From IMG/VR virus record IMGVR_UViG_3300045988_051648, positions 1 through 40,884 of that record: 40,884 nt of DNA, one strand, 5' to 3'. The stretch is from a virus. A model generated the notes under the pieces. The model did not search any database and was not told the DNA's origin. It worked only from the letters and a program-made list of their open reading frames with translations. Numbering within the stretch: position 1 is the stretch's first letter; each line of letters starts with the position of its first letter. Below, in pieces: positions 6,835 to 14,975 of this stretch. The position numbers were made by a program, and so were the translations under genes.

Positions 6835-7793
6835 AACGTATCCCACTCAAGGACACGGAACGCTACACGTTGGAACGGTTCCGACAGTGCAAGAAAACGG
6901 AACGGCATCTCGCGTGGCTGAAAAGCAGGAAGGCCGGCGTGGGCGGCAGTGACATGAGCACGATTCTCGGCCTGAACGCTTTCAAAACGCCTTACGAATT
7001 GTGGCTGGAGAAGACGGGTCGCGTGGAGCCGGAGGACATTTCGGACAAATGGGCGATCGTCAAGGGCAATGCCCTGGAAAACGAGCTCCGTAAGCGTTTC
7101 CGCGCCAACCATCCCGAGATGCTGGTCACGGACGGCACCGACAAGCAATTCATCAGCCGCGAAAAGCCCTATCTGAGGGCTTCCCTTGACGGCATCCTAC
7201 AGAAAGAGAACGGCGATTTCGGAATCCTCGAAATCAAAACGGCGAGCAGCCGTCGAGCGGGGGACTGGCGTGACGAGGACGGAAACCTCCGAATCCCGCC
7301 CTACTACCTCGCTCAGGTCGAATTCTACGCGCTCGTCACTGGATGGACATGGGGATACGTGTACGCCGCCATCGGAGACGACGAGCCGGTAGAGATCCCA
7401 TTCCAGGCGGACGTGGAGGATATGGCCGCGATCGACAAGGCCGCCGCCGACTTCTGGCATTTCGTCACTTCCGGCACTCCACCGCAATTGACCGGCGGTG
7501 ACGTGCAGAAGGCGTTCCCCGAGCCCACGCCGGACATCGTGGACGAAAGCGCCGACGATGACCTCTACGCCCTGCTCGCACGATACGAGAGCGCCATCAG
7601 AATGCTGAATGACCTGAAGGCCACTCAGAAGGCATTGCAGGAGCAGATCATCCTGCGCATCGGCTCGCATACGGGCGTGCGCTGCGGCAACCTGCAAGCC
7701 ACCTACAAGCCGACGACCCGCAGGGAATACACCGTCAAAGCTTGCCAATACCGCAAATTCGCACTCAAAACCATCGAAGACAAGGAGCAATAA
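6831..7793 (+). CDS. YqaJ-like (lambda Exo-type) recombination exonuclease
   Basis: GVGGSDMSTILGLNAFKTPYELWLEKTG and LEIKT motifs. Lies directly upstream of recT. Confidence 0.85.
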   Translation: MKRIPLKDTERYTLERFRQCKKTERHLAWLKSRKAGVGGSDMSTILGLNAFKTPYELWLEKTGRVEPEDISDKWAIVKGNALENELRKRFRANHPEMLVTDGTDKQFISREKPYLRASLDGILQKENGDFGILEIKTASSRRAGDWRDEDGNLRIPPYYLAQVEFYALVTGWTWGYVYAAIGDDEPVEIPFQADVEDMAAIDKAAADFWHFVTSGTPPQLTGGDVQKAFPEPTPDIVDESADDDLYALLARYESAIRMLNDLKATQKALQEQIILRIGSHTGVRCGNLQATYKPTTRREYTVKACQYRKFALKTIEDKEQ

Positions 7794-7795
7794 AA

Positions 7796-8650
7796 ATGGG
7801 AGCAATCGCACAGCAGGCACAAGGGCAGCAGTTACAGCCACTCAATCCGAAGGGCAAGCTCAAGCAGCTTGTGGAGCATTCATGGCCGCAGATCGCACGC
7901 GTCATCGGCGGCAACCTCGACAGCGAGGCATTGTTGCAGATGTGCATCAGCAGCATCAACCGCACACCCGCCTTGGCCGACTGCACGCCGGTGAGTGTCC
8001 TTTCCTGCTTCATGCAGTGCGCGGCACTTGGCTTGCGCCCATCCGACGTGGATGGATTGGGACAGGCGTACATCCTGCCCTATGGCAACAAGAACTATGC
8101 CACGGGGGAGAAGCAGGCCACCTTCGTCATCGGCTACAAGGGCATGCTGAAACTGTTGGAGAACAGTGGAATCTACGCGCAGCCGCGAGCCGTCTACGAG
8201 GATGACAACATCAAGCTCAAGCTTGACGAAAATGGCGTGCCGACCATCGAATGCCCGGACGAGGTGAACGTGGACGCCGACCACAGCGAGGACAAGCTGA
8301 AATTCGTGTACCTCTCCGTCCAGCTGCCGAATGGCGGACGATACGCCGACTACATGTCGAAACGCGACCTGCTCGAATACCGCGAGAAGTACGCGCCACG
8401 TAATCGCAGCCGTCAGATCACCGGACCGTGGCTGAAGAACTTCGTGGAGATGGCGAAGAAGACCATCATCCGTCGCAGTTTCAAATATCTGCCGGTCAAC
8501 ATCGAGGCGAAGAAGGCCGCGAGCGTGGACGAGACCACACCGGATTACAGCGACGTGTTCCAGCCGGTAATCACCGATTCGACTGATGACGTGACCGCCG
8601 AGGTCATGGACACCGACACTGAGGCCGATTCGGAAGCAAAGGATGAGTGA
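7796..8650 (+). CDS. recT: RecT-family single-strand annealing protein
   Basis: ATG 7796 lies behind AAGGAG. Sequence [20 protein letters not shown]...AYILPYGNK...[11 protein letters not shown]. Confidence 0.85.
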   Translation: MGAIAQQAQGQQLQPLNPKGKLKQLVEHSWPQIARVIGGNLDSEALLQMCISSINRTPALADCTPVSVLSCFMQCAALGLRPSDVDGLGQAYILPYGNKNYATGEKQATFVIGYKGMLKLLENSGIYAQPRAVYEDDNIKLKLDENGVPTIECPDEVNVDADHSEDKLKFVYLSVQLPNGGRYADYMSKRDLLEYREKYAPRNRSRQITGPWLKNFVEMAKKTIIRRSFKYLPVNIEAKKAASVDETTPDYSDVFQPVITDSTDDVTAEVMDTDTEADSEAKDE

Positions 8651-9150
8651 TGGCCGGAGAAACCGTAATCACCGTGGTGGGCAACCTCACCGCAGATCCT
8701 GAGATGCGCACGACCCGTAATGGTTCCACGGTGGCGAATTTCAGCATCGCGGCCACGCCGAGAGTGTTCGACAAGCAGTCGAACCAGTGGGTTGACGGGG
8801 ACGCGCTGTTCCTGCGCTGTTCCGCCTGGCGTGACCTTGCCACTCATTGCGCGCAGAGCCTGAGCAAGGGCATGCGCGTGATCGCTCAAGGCCGGTTGCA
8901 GCAGCGTTCCTATCAGGCGCAGGACGGTTCCAACCGTACCGTCATCGAAATGACCGTGGACGAGATCGGCCCATCGCTCAAATATGCGACGGCTCAGGTG
9001 CAGCGTCAGCAGCATGGCAACGGTGGTGGCTTCCAGGGCAATAATGCGGGTGGTTTCGCCGGTGGCGCTAGGGATCAGCAGCCCCAGCAGCAGTCGCAGG
9101 CTCCGGCCGATGATCCGTGGGGCGCTCCGGCTGGAGAGCCTGATTTCTGA
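8650..9150 (+). CDS. ssb: Single-stranded DNA-binding protein
   Basis: [22 protein letters not shown]-fold N-terminus, a Gly/Gln-rich tail and an acidic C-terminal tip (DDPW...EPDF). Confidence 0.9.
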   Translation: MAGETVITVVGNLTADPEMRTTRNGSTVANFSIAATPRVFDKQSNQWVDGDALFLRCSAWRDLATHCAQSLSKGMRVIAQGRLQQRSYQAQDGSNRTVIEMTVDEIGPSLKYATAQVQRQQHGNGGGFQGNNAGGFAGGARDQQPQQQSQAPADDPWGAPAGEPDF

Positions 9151-9314
9151 TGCGTGAGTGGATTGAGCCGCCGGACGTGCTGCCCACATGTCCGATTCAT
9201 GGGTGCGCGCTGTATCCGGCGCGCCCCATCCCATGCCCCGAATGTGAGGCCGAAAGCGAAGACCATTACGCGGACATTGGCGATGCCGACATTTGGATTT
9301 TGGAGGACGAATGA
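9150..9314 (+). CDS. 54-aa zinc-ribbon-like protein
   Basis: TGATG and ATGA overlaps with neighbours. Cysteine pattern CPIHGC...CPEC. Confidence 0.45.
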   Translation: MREWIEPPDVLPTCPIHGCALYPARPIPCPECEAESEDHYADIGDADIWILEDE

Positions 9315-9703
9315 CGCAGGAAACCACCATCGACGTGCCGAAGGCCTACTGGTGGACCCAGAACAAGCGTGGAGACTGGCGGGCGAAATACCGGCGCACC
9401 AGCGTCGTGAAAAGACGCGCCTACCTCACCTACCGCAGTCTCATCAACAGCGGCAAACTCAAGCCGCCCACCAAATGGCCGGTGCATGTGACCGCCATCA
9501 TCCACCCATTGACCCACGGACGCTTCGACCCGGAAAACGCGGCACCCATGGTCAAAGCCATCCTTGACGCGCTCACCGATACCGGCTTCTGGCCCGACGA
9601 TGACTCAAAACACATCATCGGCCCCGACTACCGCGGCGGAGAGCCAAGCACCCGAAAAGGCTGGTACCGAATCACAATCCGAATCGAAGAAGAGGAACAC
9701 TAA
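9311..9703 (+). CDS. rusA: RusA-family Holliday junction resolvase
   Basis: FDPENAAPMVKAILDALTDTGFWPDDDSKHI matches the RusA D-x-N/K/DD signature. Confidence 0.75.
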   Translation: MTQETTIDVPKAYWWTQNKRGDWRAKYRRTSVVKRRAYLTYRSLINSGKLKPPTKWPVHVTAIIHPLTHGRFDPENAAPMVKAILDALTDTGFWPDDDSKHIIGPDYRGGEPSTRKGWYRITIRIEEEEH

Positions 9704-9705
9704 TC

Positions 9706-9942
9706 ATGGCTACGAACGTGACCGAAAAAGACAAGACGCTCAACGAGATCATCGACTGGGCGAAAAGTCGCTGTCATGAAGCCGCACTTTCCAGATTCGA
9801 CGTTCGCAGAAAGAGCGACCGAGACTTCTATGACGGCCAAGTTAACGCATTCCATGAAATGCTAGAGCTTTGCCGTTCCATGCTTGGCTATTCCGGCTCC
9901 ATGCCGTCCGAGGTGCCGAATCAAAGCGAGGACGCGGAATGA
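9706..9942 (+). CDS. Hypothetical protein
   Basis: Compact same-strand gene with ATGA overlap to the next gene. Confidence 0.55.
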   Translation: MATNVTEKDKTLNEIIDWAKSRCHEAALSRFDVRRKSDRDFYDGQVNAFHEMLELCRSMLGYSGSMPSEVPNQSEDAE

Positions 9943-10148
9943 GCGACTACCGCGATGGATACGTGCAGGCCATATGCGAAATAGGCGCAATCGCCTATGA
10001 AAGAGCGGCAGAAGCCCGACGCCGAGAAGGACTGGCATATGAGGCCGAGGAATACGAGAAGGAGTCATTTTGGCATGCGGTGGCCGTCACCGCCGAAATG
10101 TTCTACGACTACTGCCAAGAACGACGTGACAAGGAGGACACGGAATGA
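9939..10148 (+). CDS. Hypothetical 69-aa protein
   Basis: Internal ATG of ORF 9870-10148, overlapping the upstream stop (ATGA). Confidence 0.55.
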   Translation: MSDYRDGYVQAICEIGAIAYERAAEARRREGLAYEAEEYEKESFWHAVAVTAEMFYDYCQERRDKEDTE

Positions 10149-10624
10149 GCAGGGCTGAAACCACTGCCATGCTGTCCGAGCTGGTGGAGAAACGATTGAG
10201 GAATCAGACCGCGTTTTGGGCGAGTGAGGTCAATTTCGACCGGAATACGCCTGACGATAGGCGAGTGGATTACGTGGGCTTCGCCCCGTGGAACATCAAC
10301 GGCGAGCCGGTGCCCGCAAGCGTTGAAAAAGGCGTCTTCGAGTTCTACGAGGTCAAGTCATGCATGGCTGACTTCACGAGCGGCAACGGCCTGACCTTCT
10401 ACGGTGATTCAAACTTCCTCGTCTGCACGAAGGAATTGTGCGACGAGATTGTGTGGCGGAAGATGGTGCCGGAGCGCGTGAACGCGATCCTTACCCCCGA
10501 TTCGACCGGCTCGAAACTGATTCTCGACTATGTGCAGTCCTACAACGACCTGTCATACAGGAGGCGTCCGGCAAGCGAAATCCTCTGGGCAATGGTCAAA
10601 GCGAACGGAAAGAGGACGAATTGA
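10145..10624 (+). CDS. PD-(D/E)xK-like nuclease (MmcB-like)
   Basis: VDYVGF ... FYEVKS fits a D...E-x-K arrangement. Family assignment is from memory only. Confidence 0.45.
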   Translation: MSRAETTAMLSELVEKRLRNQTAFWASEVNFDRNTPDDRRVDYVGFAPWNINGEPVPASVEKGVFEFYEVKSCMADFTSGNGLTFYGDSNFLVCTKELCDEIVWRKMVPERVNAILTPDSTGSKLILDYVQSYNDLSYRRRPASEILWAMVKANGKRTN

Positions 10625-10923
10625 GCATCATGCTTGACGAGGCCAACGCTTACGAGCGTGGCATGGATGATGATTTGACTTTCCAGACGGTTCGGGAGCT
10701 TGCCGGTACAGCGTACATGGCCGGACGTTCCGCTCCACCAACTGCCGTTGAGATTGAGGCCGTAGCGAAAAAACTGCTGTGGTGGGACATGGCACCAGCC
10801 TGGGAAGACGTCATGCCCAGTGAGGACTGCTTCTGGACTCTGGCCGAGCCGGAGATGCGAGCCAATTACATCAGGGACGCTCGGATAATGCTCGAAATCG
10901 CACGGAAGGCGGTGACGGAATGA
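10621..10923 (+). CDS. Hypothetical protein
   Basis: TTG 10621 overlaps the upstream TGA and has AAGAGGA 5 nt upstream. ATG 10630 is an alternative start. Confidence 0.5.
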   Translation: MSIMLDEANAYERGMDDDLTFQTVRELAGTAYMAGRSAPPTAVEIEAVAKKLLWWDMAPAWEDVMPSEDCFWTLAEPEMRANYIRDARIMLEIARKAVTE

Positions 10924-11132
10924 GCATCGACGACTGGATTGGAAATATCGGCGTCACCGTCTTTGCAATGTTCTGTGCCTTATTCATCTACTACATCGGC
11001 TATGCCGGCTGGGCGGAAGATGTGGCTGACACCATCATCATCCGTGATGACGGCCAATCATACGCATGTCAGACCAGCAGAAGCTCACCAGCGCCACACA
11101 ACTGCAAACCGGTCAAGGAGAAACGATCATGA
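10920..11132 (+). CDS. Small membrane protein
   Basis: ATGA overlap. Hydrophobic segment IGVTVFAMFCALFIYYIGYAGW. Confidence 0.55.
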   Translation: MSIDDWIGNIGVTVFAMFCALFIYYIGYAGWAEDVADTIIIRDDGQSYACQTSRSSPAPHNCKPVKEKRS

Positions 11133-11257
11133 ACATCAGATACGTGGAATGCGCCCACTGCGGCGAGACTGTCGGCACATATTACGTGACCTGCCCGTAT
11201 TGCGGCTACAAGCTGGTGGACGCCATGCAGTCCATCGGCGAGGCATTGCCATGGTGA
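11129..11257 (+). CDS. 42-aa zinc-ribbon protein (CxxC...CxxC)
   Basis: ATGA overlap. Sequence ECAHCGETVGTYYVTCPYCGY. Its last 26 nt lie inside the duplicated unit. Confidence 0.5.
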   Translation: MNIRYVECAHCGETVGTYYVTCPYCGYKLVDAMQSIGEALPW

Positions 11258-11427
11258 CGCTCGACCCGCCGCCAGACCTCGTGGAAATCGCCGACGCATT
11301 GGACATCATGGCCAAGCCCCACGTCGGCAGCGGTTGGGCGAACCTCAACTTCGACGGCCTTCCATGCGCCACGCCACGGCAGGAGGCCATCTGGATGGAA
11401 TACAACGGAATCACAAGAGGAGATTAG
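11251..11427 (+). CDS. Hypothetical 58-aa protein (copy 1)
   Basis: The ATG overlaps the upstream stop region. An identical copy is at 12182-12358. Confidence 0.45.
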   Translation: MVTLDPPPDLVEIADALDIMAKPHVGSGWANLNFDGLPCATPRQEAIWMEYNGITRGD

Positions 11428-11430
11428 GCG

Positions 11431-12369
11431 ATGGCTAGACGCGGCTACGTGCAGCTCGTGAACGAATTCTACGCTAACGAGAAGGTGCAGGAACTGGCCC
11501 GCAGCGGACGCATGGACGCTGTTGGAGTCTTCTGCATGGCTTTGACGTATTGCGGCGACCATCTCACGGACGGATTCGTGCCGCGCCGCGCCATGCTCTA
11601 TGTCATCGGCGCCACGGGCGAGCAGGTCAACGCACTGTGCGATGTCGGAATGCTCGAAGCGGTTGACGAAGGCTGGATAATCCACGACTACACCGCCCAC
11701 AATCGCACCAAAGAGCAGGTATTGCACGCCAGGAAGAAAAGCGCCGAGCGCGTGGCCAAGCATCGCAACGAATCGGATGTAACAGCGTTACATCGGAACT
11801 GTAACGCTGTTACATCGGGACAAACACCAGAACACCAGAACACCAGAACCCAAAAGAAAGATGAAGAAGAATATTCTTCTTCTTCATCCAAAGAAATCGG
11901 GCTGAACGGCTTCGAGCTGGTCAGGGAGAAAGCCCACGCCAATGCCGCCATAATCCGCGATTACCCGAATCTCGACCTGTCGGACGCATGGGCGGCATTC
12001 GCACAACACCATTCCGGCGAAACACGCTCCGTCAACGACTGGACACGACTATGGAAAGGCTGGTGCCAACGCAGAGCCAACATGAGCGGCATACCACCCT
12101 CGAAACGACACATACACACGTGGAAATGCCGCCACGTGCTCGAAGCGCTCGGACGCGACGAACCATCGGCGAGGCATTGCCATGGTGACGCTCGACCCGC
12201 CGCCAGACCTCGTGGAAATCGCCGACGCATTGGACATCATGGCCAAGCCCCACGTCGGCAGCGGTTGGGCGAACCTCAACTTCGACGGCCTTCCATGCGC
12301 CACGCCACGGCAGGAGGCCATCTGGATGGAATACAACGGAATCACAAGAGGAGATTAGGCGATGGCTAG
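11431..12369 (+). CDS. Replication-organiser-like protein, copy 1 with a junction-derived aberrant C-terminus
   Basis: The first 244 aa are identical to the 12362-13159 product. The last 68 aa are an Arg-rich out-of-frame read of the duplicated segment. Confidence 0.55.
   Translation: MARRGYVQLVNEFYANEKVQELARSGRMDAVGVFCMALTYCGDHLTDGFVPRRAMLYVIGATGEQVNALCDVGMLEAVDEGWIIHDYTAHNRTKEQVLHARKKSAERVAKHRNESDVTALHRNCNAVTSGQTPEHQNTRTQKKDEEEYSSSSSKEIGLNGFELVREKAHANAAIIRDYPNLDLSDAWAAFAQHHSGETRSVNDWTRLWKGWCQRRANMSGIPPSKRHIHTWKCRHVLEALGRDEPSARHCHGDARPAARPRGNRRRIGHHGQAPRRQRLGEPQLRRPSMRHATAGGHLDGIQRNHKRRLGDG
11776..11888. promoter_or_regulatory. ori-like repeat cluster inside the rep-like gene (copy 1)
   Basis: Two 19-bp iterons TGTAAC-NNN-GTTACATCGG start at 11778 and 11800, 22 bp apart. 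They are followed by 3 x AACACCAG (11823-11846) and the AT-centred palindrome GATGAAGAAGAATATTCTTCTTCTTCATC (11860-11888). Confidence 0.5.
12182..12358 (+). CDS. Hypothetical 58-aa protein (copy 2)
   Basis: Copy of 11251-11427 shifted by 931 bp. Confidence 0.4.
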   Translation: MVTLDPPPDLVEIADALDIMAKPHVGSGWANLNFDGLPCATPRQEAIWMEYNGITRGD

Positions 12370-13159
12370 ACGCGGCTACGTGCAGCTCGTGAACGAATTC
12401 TACGCTAACGAGAAGGTGCAGGAACTGGCCCGCAGCGGACGCATGGACGCTGTTGGAGTCTTCTGCATGGCTTTGACGTATTGCGGCGACCATCTCACGG
12501 ACGGATTCGTGCCGCGCCGCGCCATGCTCTATGTCATCGGCGCCACGGGCGAGCAGGTCAACGCACTGTGCGATGTCGGAATGCTCGAAGCGGTTGACGA
12601 AGGCTGGATAATCCACGACTACACCGCCCACAATCGCACCAAAGAGCAGGTATTGCACGCCAGGAAGAAAAGCGCCGAGCGCGTGGCCAAGCATCGCAAC
12701 GAATCGGATGTAACAGCGTTACATCGGAACTGTAACGCTGTTACATCGGGACAAACACCAGAACACCAGAACACCAGAACCCAAAAGAAAGATGAAGAAG
12801 AATATTCTTCTTCTTCATCCAAAGAAATCGGGCTGAACGGCTTCGAGCTGGTCAGGGAGAAAGCCCACGCCAATGCCGCCATAATCCGCGATTACCCGAA
12901 TCTCGACCTGTCGGACGCATGGGCGGCATTCGCACAACACCATTCCGGCGAAACACGCTCCGTCAACGACTGGACACGACTATGGAAAGGCTGGTGCCAA
13001 CGCAGAGCCAACATGAGCGGCATACCACCCTCGAAACGACACATACACACGTGGAAATGCCGCCACGTGCTCGAAGCGCTCGGACGCGACGAAGAAACCG
13101 CACAGGCAGACGAAAAGGCCTGCGAATTAGCCGACAAACTCAACAAGGAGAAATCATGA
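12362..13159 (+). CDS. Replication-organiser-like protein, intact copy (265 aa)
   Basis: N-terminal domain GYVQLVNEFYANEKV...GVFCMALTYCGDHLTDGFVP resembles phage replisome organiser/DnaD-like N-domains. An iteron cluster lies in its low-complexity linker, as lambda ori lies within gene O. Confidence 0.5.
   Translation: MARRGYVQLVNEFYANEKVQELARSGRMDAVGVFCMALTYCGDHLTDGFVPRRAMLYVIGATGEQVNALCDVGMLEAVDEGWIIHDYTAHNRTKEQVLHARKKSAERVAKHRNESDVTALHRNCNAVTSGQTPEHQNTRTQKKDEEEYSSSSSKEIGLNGFELVREKAHANAAIIRDYPNLDLSDAWAAFAQHHSGETRSVNDWTRLWKGWCQRRANMSGIPPSKRHIHTWKCRHVLEALGRDEETAQADEKACELADKLNKEKS
12707..12819. promoter_or_regulatory. ori-like repeat cluster (copy 2)
   Basis: Same elements as 11776-11888, shifted by 931 bp. 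Confidence 0.5.
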
Positions 13160-13791
13160 AACACGACAACCCGGAAACCATGTGCAGCTTGGAATGGTTG
13201 GAACACGAACGCCGCAAGGCATGGCAGGAAGGTTACGCCGCCGGATGGAAAGACCAGGAATGCGATTTCCCGCAATATACAAGCGAAAACCCATACAAAG
13301 GAGACCGCCGAATGAAACGCAACCCGTTTGAAATCGCGTTCGACAACGTATTGGCCGGTGCCGCCTATGCGTCGCAATCATCAGATTCAGCATCGGTCAA
13401 GGAGCAGCCCATGGACAACGTCAACCACCCAAAGCATTACGAGAACGGCCCGTTCGAATGCATCGAACTGACCCGCCTGTTGAGTTTCGACTGGGGCAAC
13501 GTGGTCAAATACTGCTACCGCTGGCAGTCGAAGAACGGCGTCGAAGACTTGAGGAAGGCGCTCTGGTACGCGAACGACGCGGTAATACACGGCATACCGC
13601 TCTATGCAGCCACCGGCTTGTTTGACAAGCGCTATTTTATCTTTTGCCATTCGCTGTTCGGCGCTCTCGCGGACACCGATTGGGCAGGGCTTAAAGACCT
13701 TTGGCGGGCATTCGCGAACAACTGTTCGAACAAAGACATTCTAACGGCCATCAAGAACAAGATCAACGAAATCGAAAAGGAAGGTGAGTGA
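13156..13791 (+). CDS. DUF3310-like protein with an N-terminal extension
   Basis: ATGA overlap with the rep-like gene. VNHPKHYENGPFECIELTRLLSFDWGNVVKYCYRWQSKNGVEDLRKALWY is the DUF3310 signature as I recall it. Confidence 0.6.
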   Translation: MKHDNPETMCSLEWLEHERRKAWQEGYAAGWKDQECDFPQYTSENPYKGDRRMKRNPFEIAFDNVLAGAAYASQSSDSASVKEQPMDNVNHPKHYENGPFECIELTRLLSFDWGNVVKYCYRWQSKNGVEDLRKALWYANDAVIHGIPLYAATGLFDKRYFIFCHSLFGALADTDWAGLKDLWRAFANNCSNKDILTAIKNKINEIEKEGE

Positions 13792-14012
13792 TGGACGGAT
13801 TGGACAAGGTTGAGAAAATTATGATTGGCGCACTGGTGGTATCCCTCGCCGCAACGCTCTTCCTGATGGGATTAAGCATCTACGCGTACTGGTATGTGGG
13901 CACGCATCACGATTACGGCATGACGACGGTCAAGACCGGCGACGTGACATGGGTCTGTCTGACCGATCATGGCAAGACCATCGGCTGCGACACTGTGGAG
14001 GAGTACAAGTGA
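13791..14012 (+). CDS. Small membrane protein
   Basis: TGATG overlap. Hydrophobic segment IGALVVSLAATLFLMGLSIYAYWYV. Confidence 0.55.
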   Translation: MDGLDKVEKIMIGALVVSLAATLFLMGLSIYAYWYVGTHHDYGMTTVKTGDVTWVCLTDHGKTIGCDTVEEYK

Positions 14013-14152
14013 AGAAAATACTCGAAGACATGATCATCAAATGGCATCAGGCCGGATACGCGCTCGACGAGATCGCGCCACTCGTGCCACAAGTGCCGAA
14101 AGCCGCAATCGCGGCCATCATCCACCAGTACGACAAGGAGACCAGACTTTGA
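14009..14152 (+). CDS. 47-aa HTH-like protein
   Basis: The GTG start overlaps the upstream TGA. Sequence IIKWHQAGYALDEIAPLV. Confidence 0.4.
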   Translation: MKKILEDMIIKWHQAGYALDEIAPLVPQVPKAAIAAIIHQYDKETRL

Positions 14153-14901
14153 CCGACTGCCAGCACTGCCGCAAGCCCATGAAACCGGCGGCGGACAATC
14201 TGCTCTGCCAAACCTGCCGTGAAACCTACTGGACCATGATTTACCAGCTCGGACACATCCAGCTCCCGACCCTGCGAAGCATCATGCTCCGTCAGGCGCA
14301 CATCGGCACCCCGGCACACACGCCAAACAAAGGCAACGCGCCACTCCCGATCGACACCCGCGCGCAAGACCTCATCAGCGAATCGGAAGCCTGGCTGGCC
14401 GAACAGGCAGGGAAAATCAGAGCGGCATACGCTGGATACGACTGGCGGAAAGCATGGTACGCCATCATCAGCAACCGGCACACCATCCTCAACATGAGCA
14501 CAGCAGCAGACGACTACGCCGCCCTGGAACACATCACCAGACGCAACGAACGAGCGTTGACCCCAGAAGAGGCAATGGTCATCATCGGCACATGCCCACA
14601 ATGCGGCCACCAAGCCACCAGCACGCCACAAGCCGAAACATGGACATGCCCAGACTGCAAATGGCAAGGCGGAGTCCAAGCCATCAAAGCCGAACGCGAC
14701 AACAAACTCTGGCAACTCGAATACACCGGAAAACCAGTCGAAGTCGCACGCTACCTCGCCAAAATGGACATCCACTGCACCAGCGACCAGATCCGCCAAT
14801 GGCTCACCAGAGGCAAACTGCACGCCACGCCGACAAAACACAAAGGAGAGTACGTGTTCAACCTCGGAGAAATAACCGCCATGCTTGACTGTCACAATTA
14901 A
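14149..14901 (+). CDS. Two-zinc-ribbon plus C-terminal HTH protein; candidate late-gene regulator
   Basis: TTG 14149 has AAGGAG 8 nt upstream. Zinc ribbons CQHC-x13-CQTC and CPQC-x14-CPDC. C-terminal segment VEVARYLAKMDIHCTSDQIRQWLTRGKL. Last gene before the late operon. Confidence 0.55.
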   Translation: MTDCQHCRKPMKPAADNLLCQTCRETYWTMIYQLGHIQLPTLRSIMLRQAHIGTPAHTPNKGNAPLPIDTRAQDLISESEAWLAEQAGKIRAAYAGYDWRKAWYAIISNRHTILNMSTAADDYAALEHITRRNERALTPEEAMVIIGTCPQCGHQATSTPQAETWTCPDCKWQGGVQAIKAERDNKLWQLEYTGKPVEVARYLAKMDIHCTSDQIRQWLTRGKLHATPTKHKGEYVFNLGEITAMLDCHN

Positions 14902-14912
14902 AATGCTATACT
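14885..14912 (+). promoter_or_regulatory. Near-consensus sigma70-type promoter (candidate late promoter)
   Basis: TTGACT(14885-14890), 16-nt spacer, then TGcTATACT (extended -10, hexamer 14907-14912). Confidence 0.55.
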
Positions 14913-14932
14913 GTCGTATGTTTGTAAAATGA

Positions 14933-14964
14933 AATGGTCCAGCCAGAAAATGGTTTGGACCATT
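14933..14964 (+). terminator. Leader hairpin (terminator-like) downstream of the late promoter
   Basis: AATGGTCCA-N14-TGGACCATT is a 9-bp stem, followed by ATTCGTAT. The U-tract is weak. Confidence 0.4.
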
Positions 14965-14975
14965 ATTCGTATCCA

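Larger units (their letters stand above)
11232..13093. repeat. Exact tandem duplication, 2 x 931 bp (11232-12162 and 12163-13093)
   Basis: Both copies read identically by eye. The six-frame ORFs in the two copies also have identical translations. The junction is ...GACGAA|CCATCGG... Confidence 0.85.

Noticed and set aside
11988-12188. 66-aa ORF ending in IGEALPW, and the 290-aa ORF 12919-13791 upstream part.
   Set aside because: These are frame artefacts created by the duplicated 3' end of the zinc-ribbon gene and by an alternative frame of the rep-like gene. Only the segment from ATG 13156 is credible.
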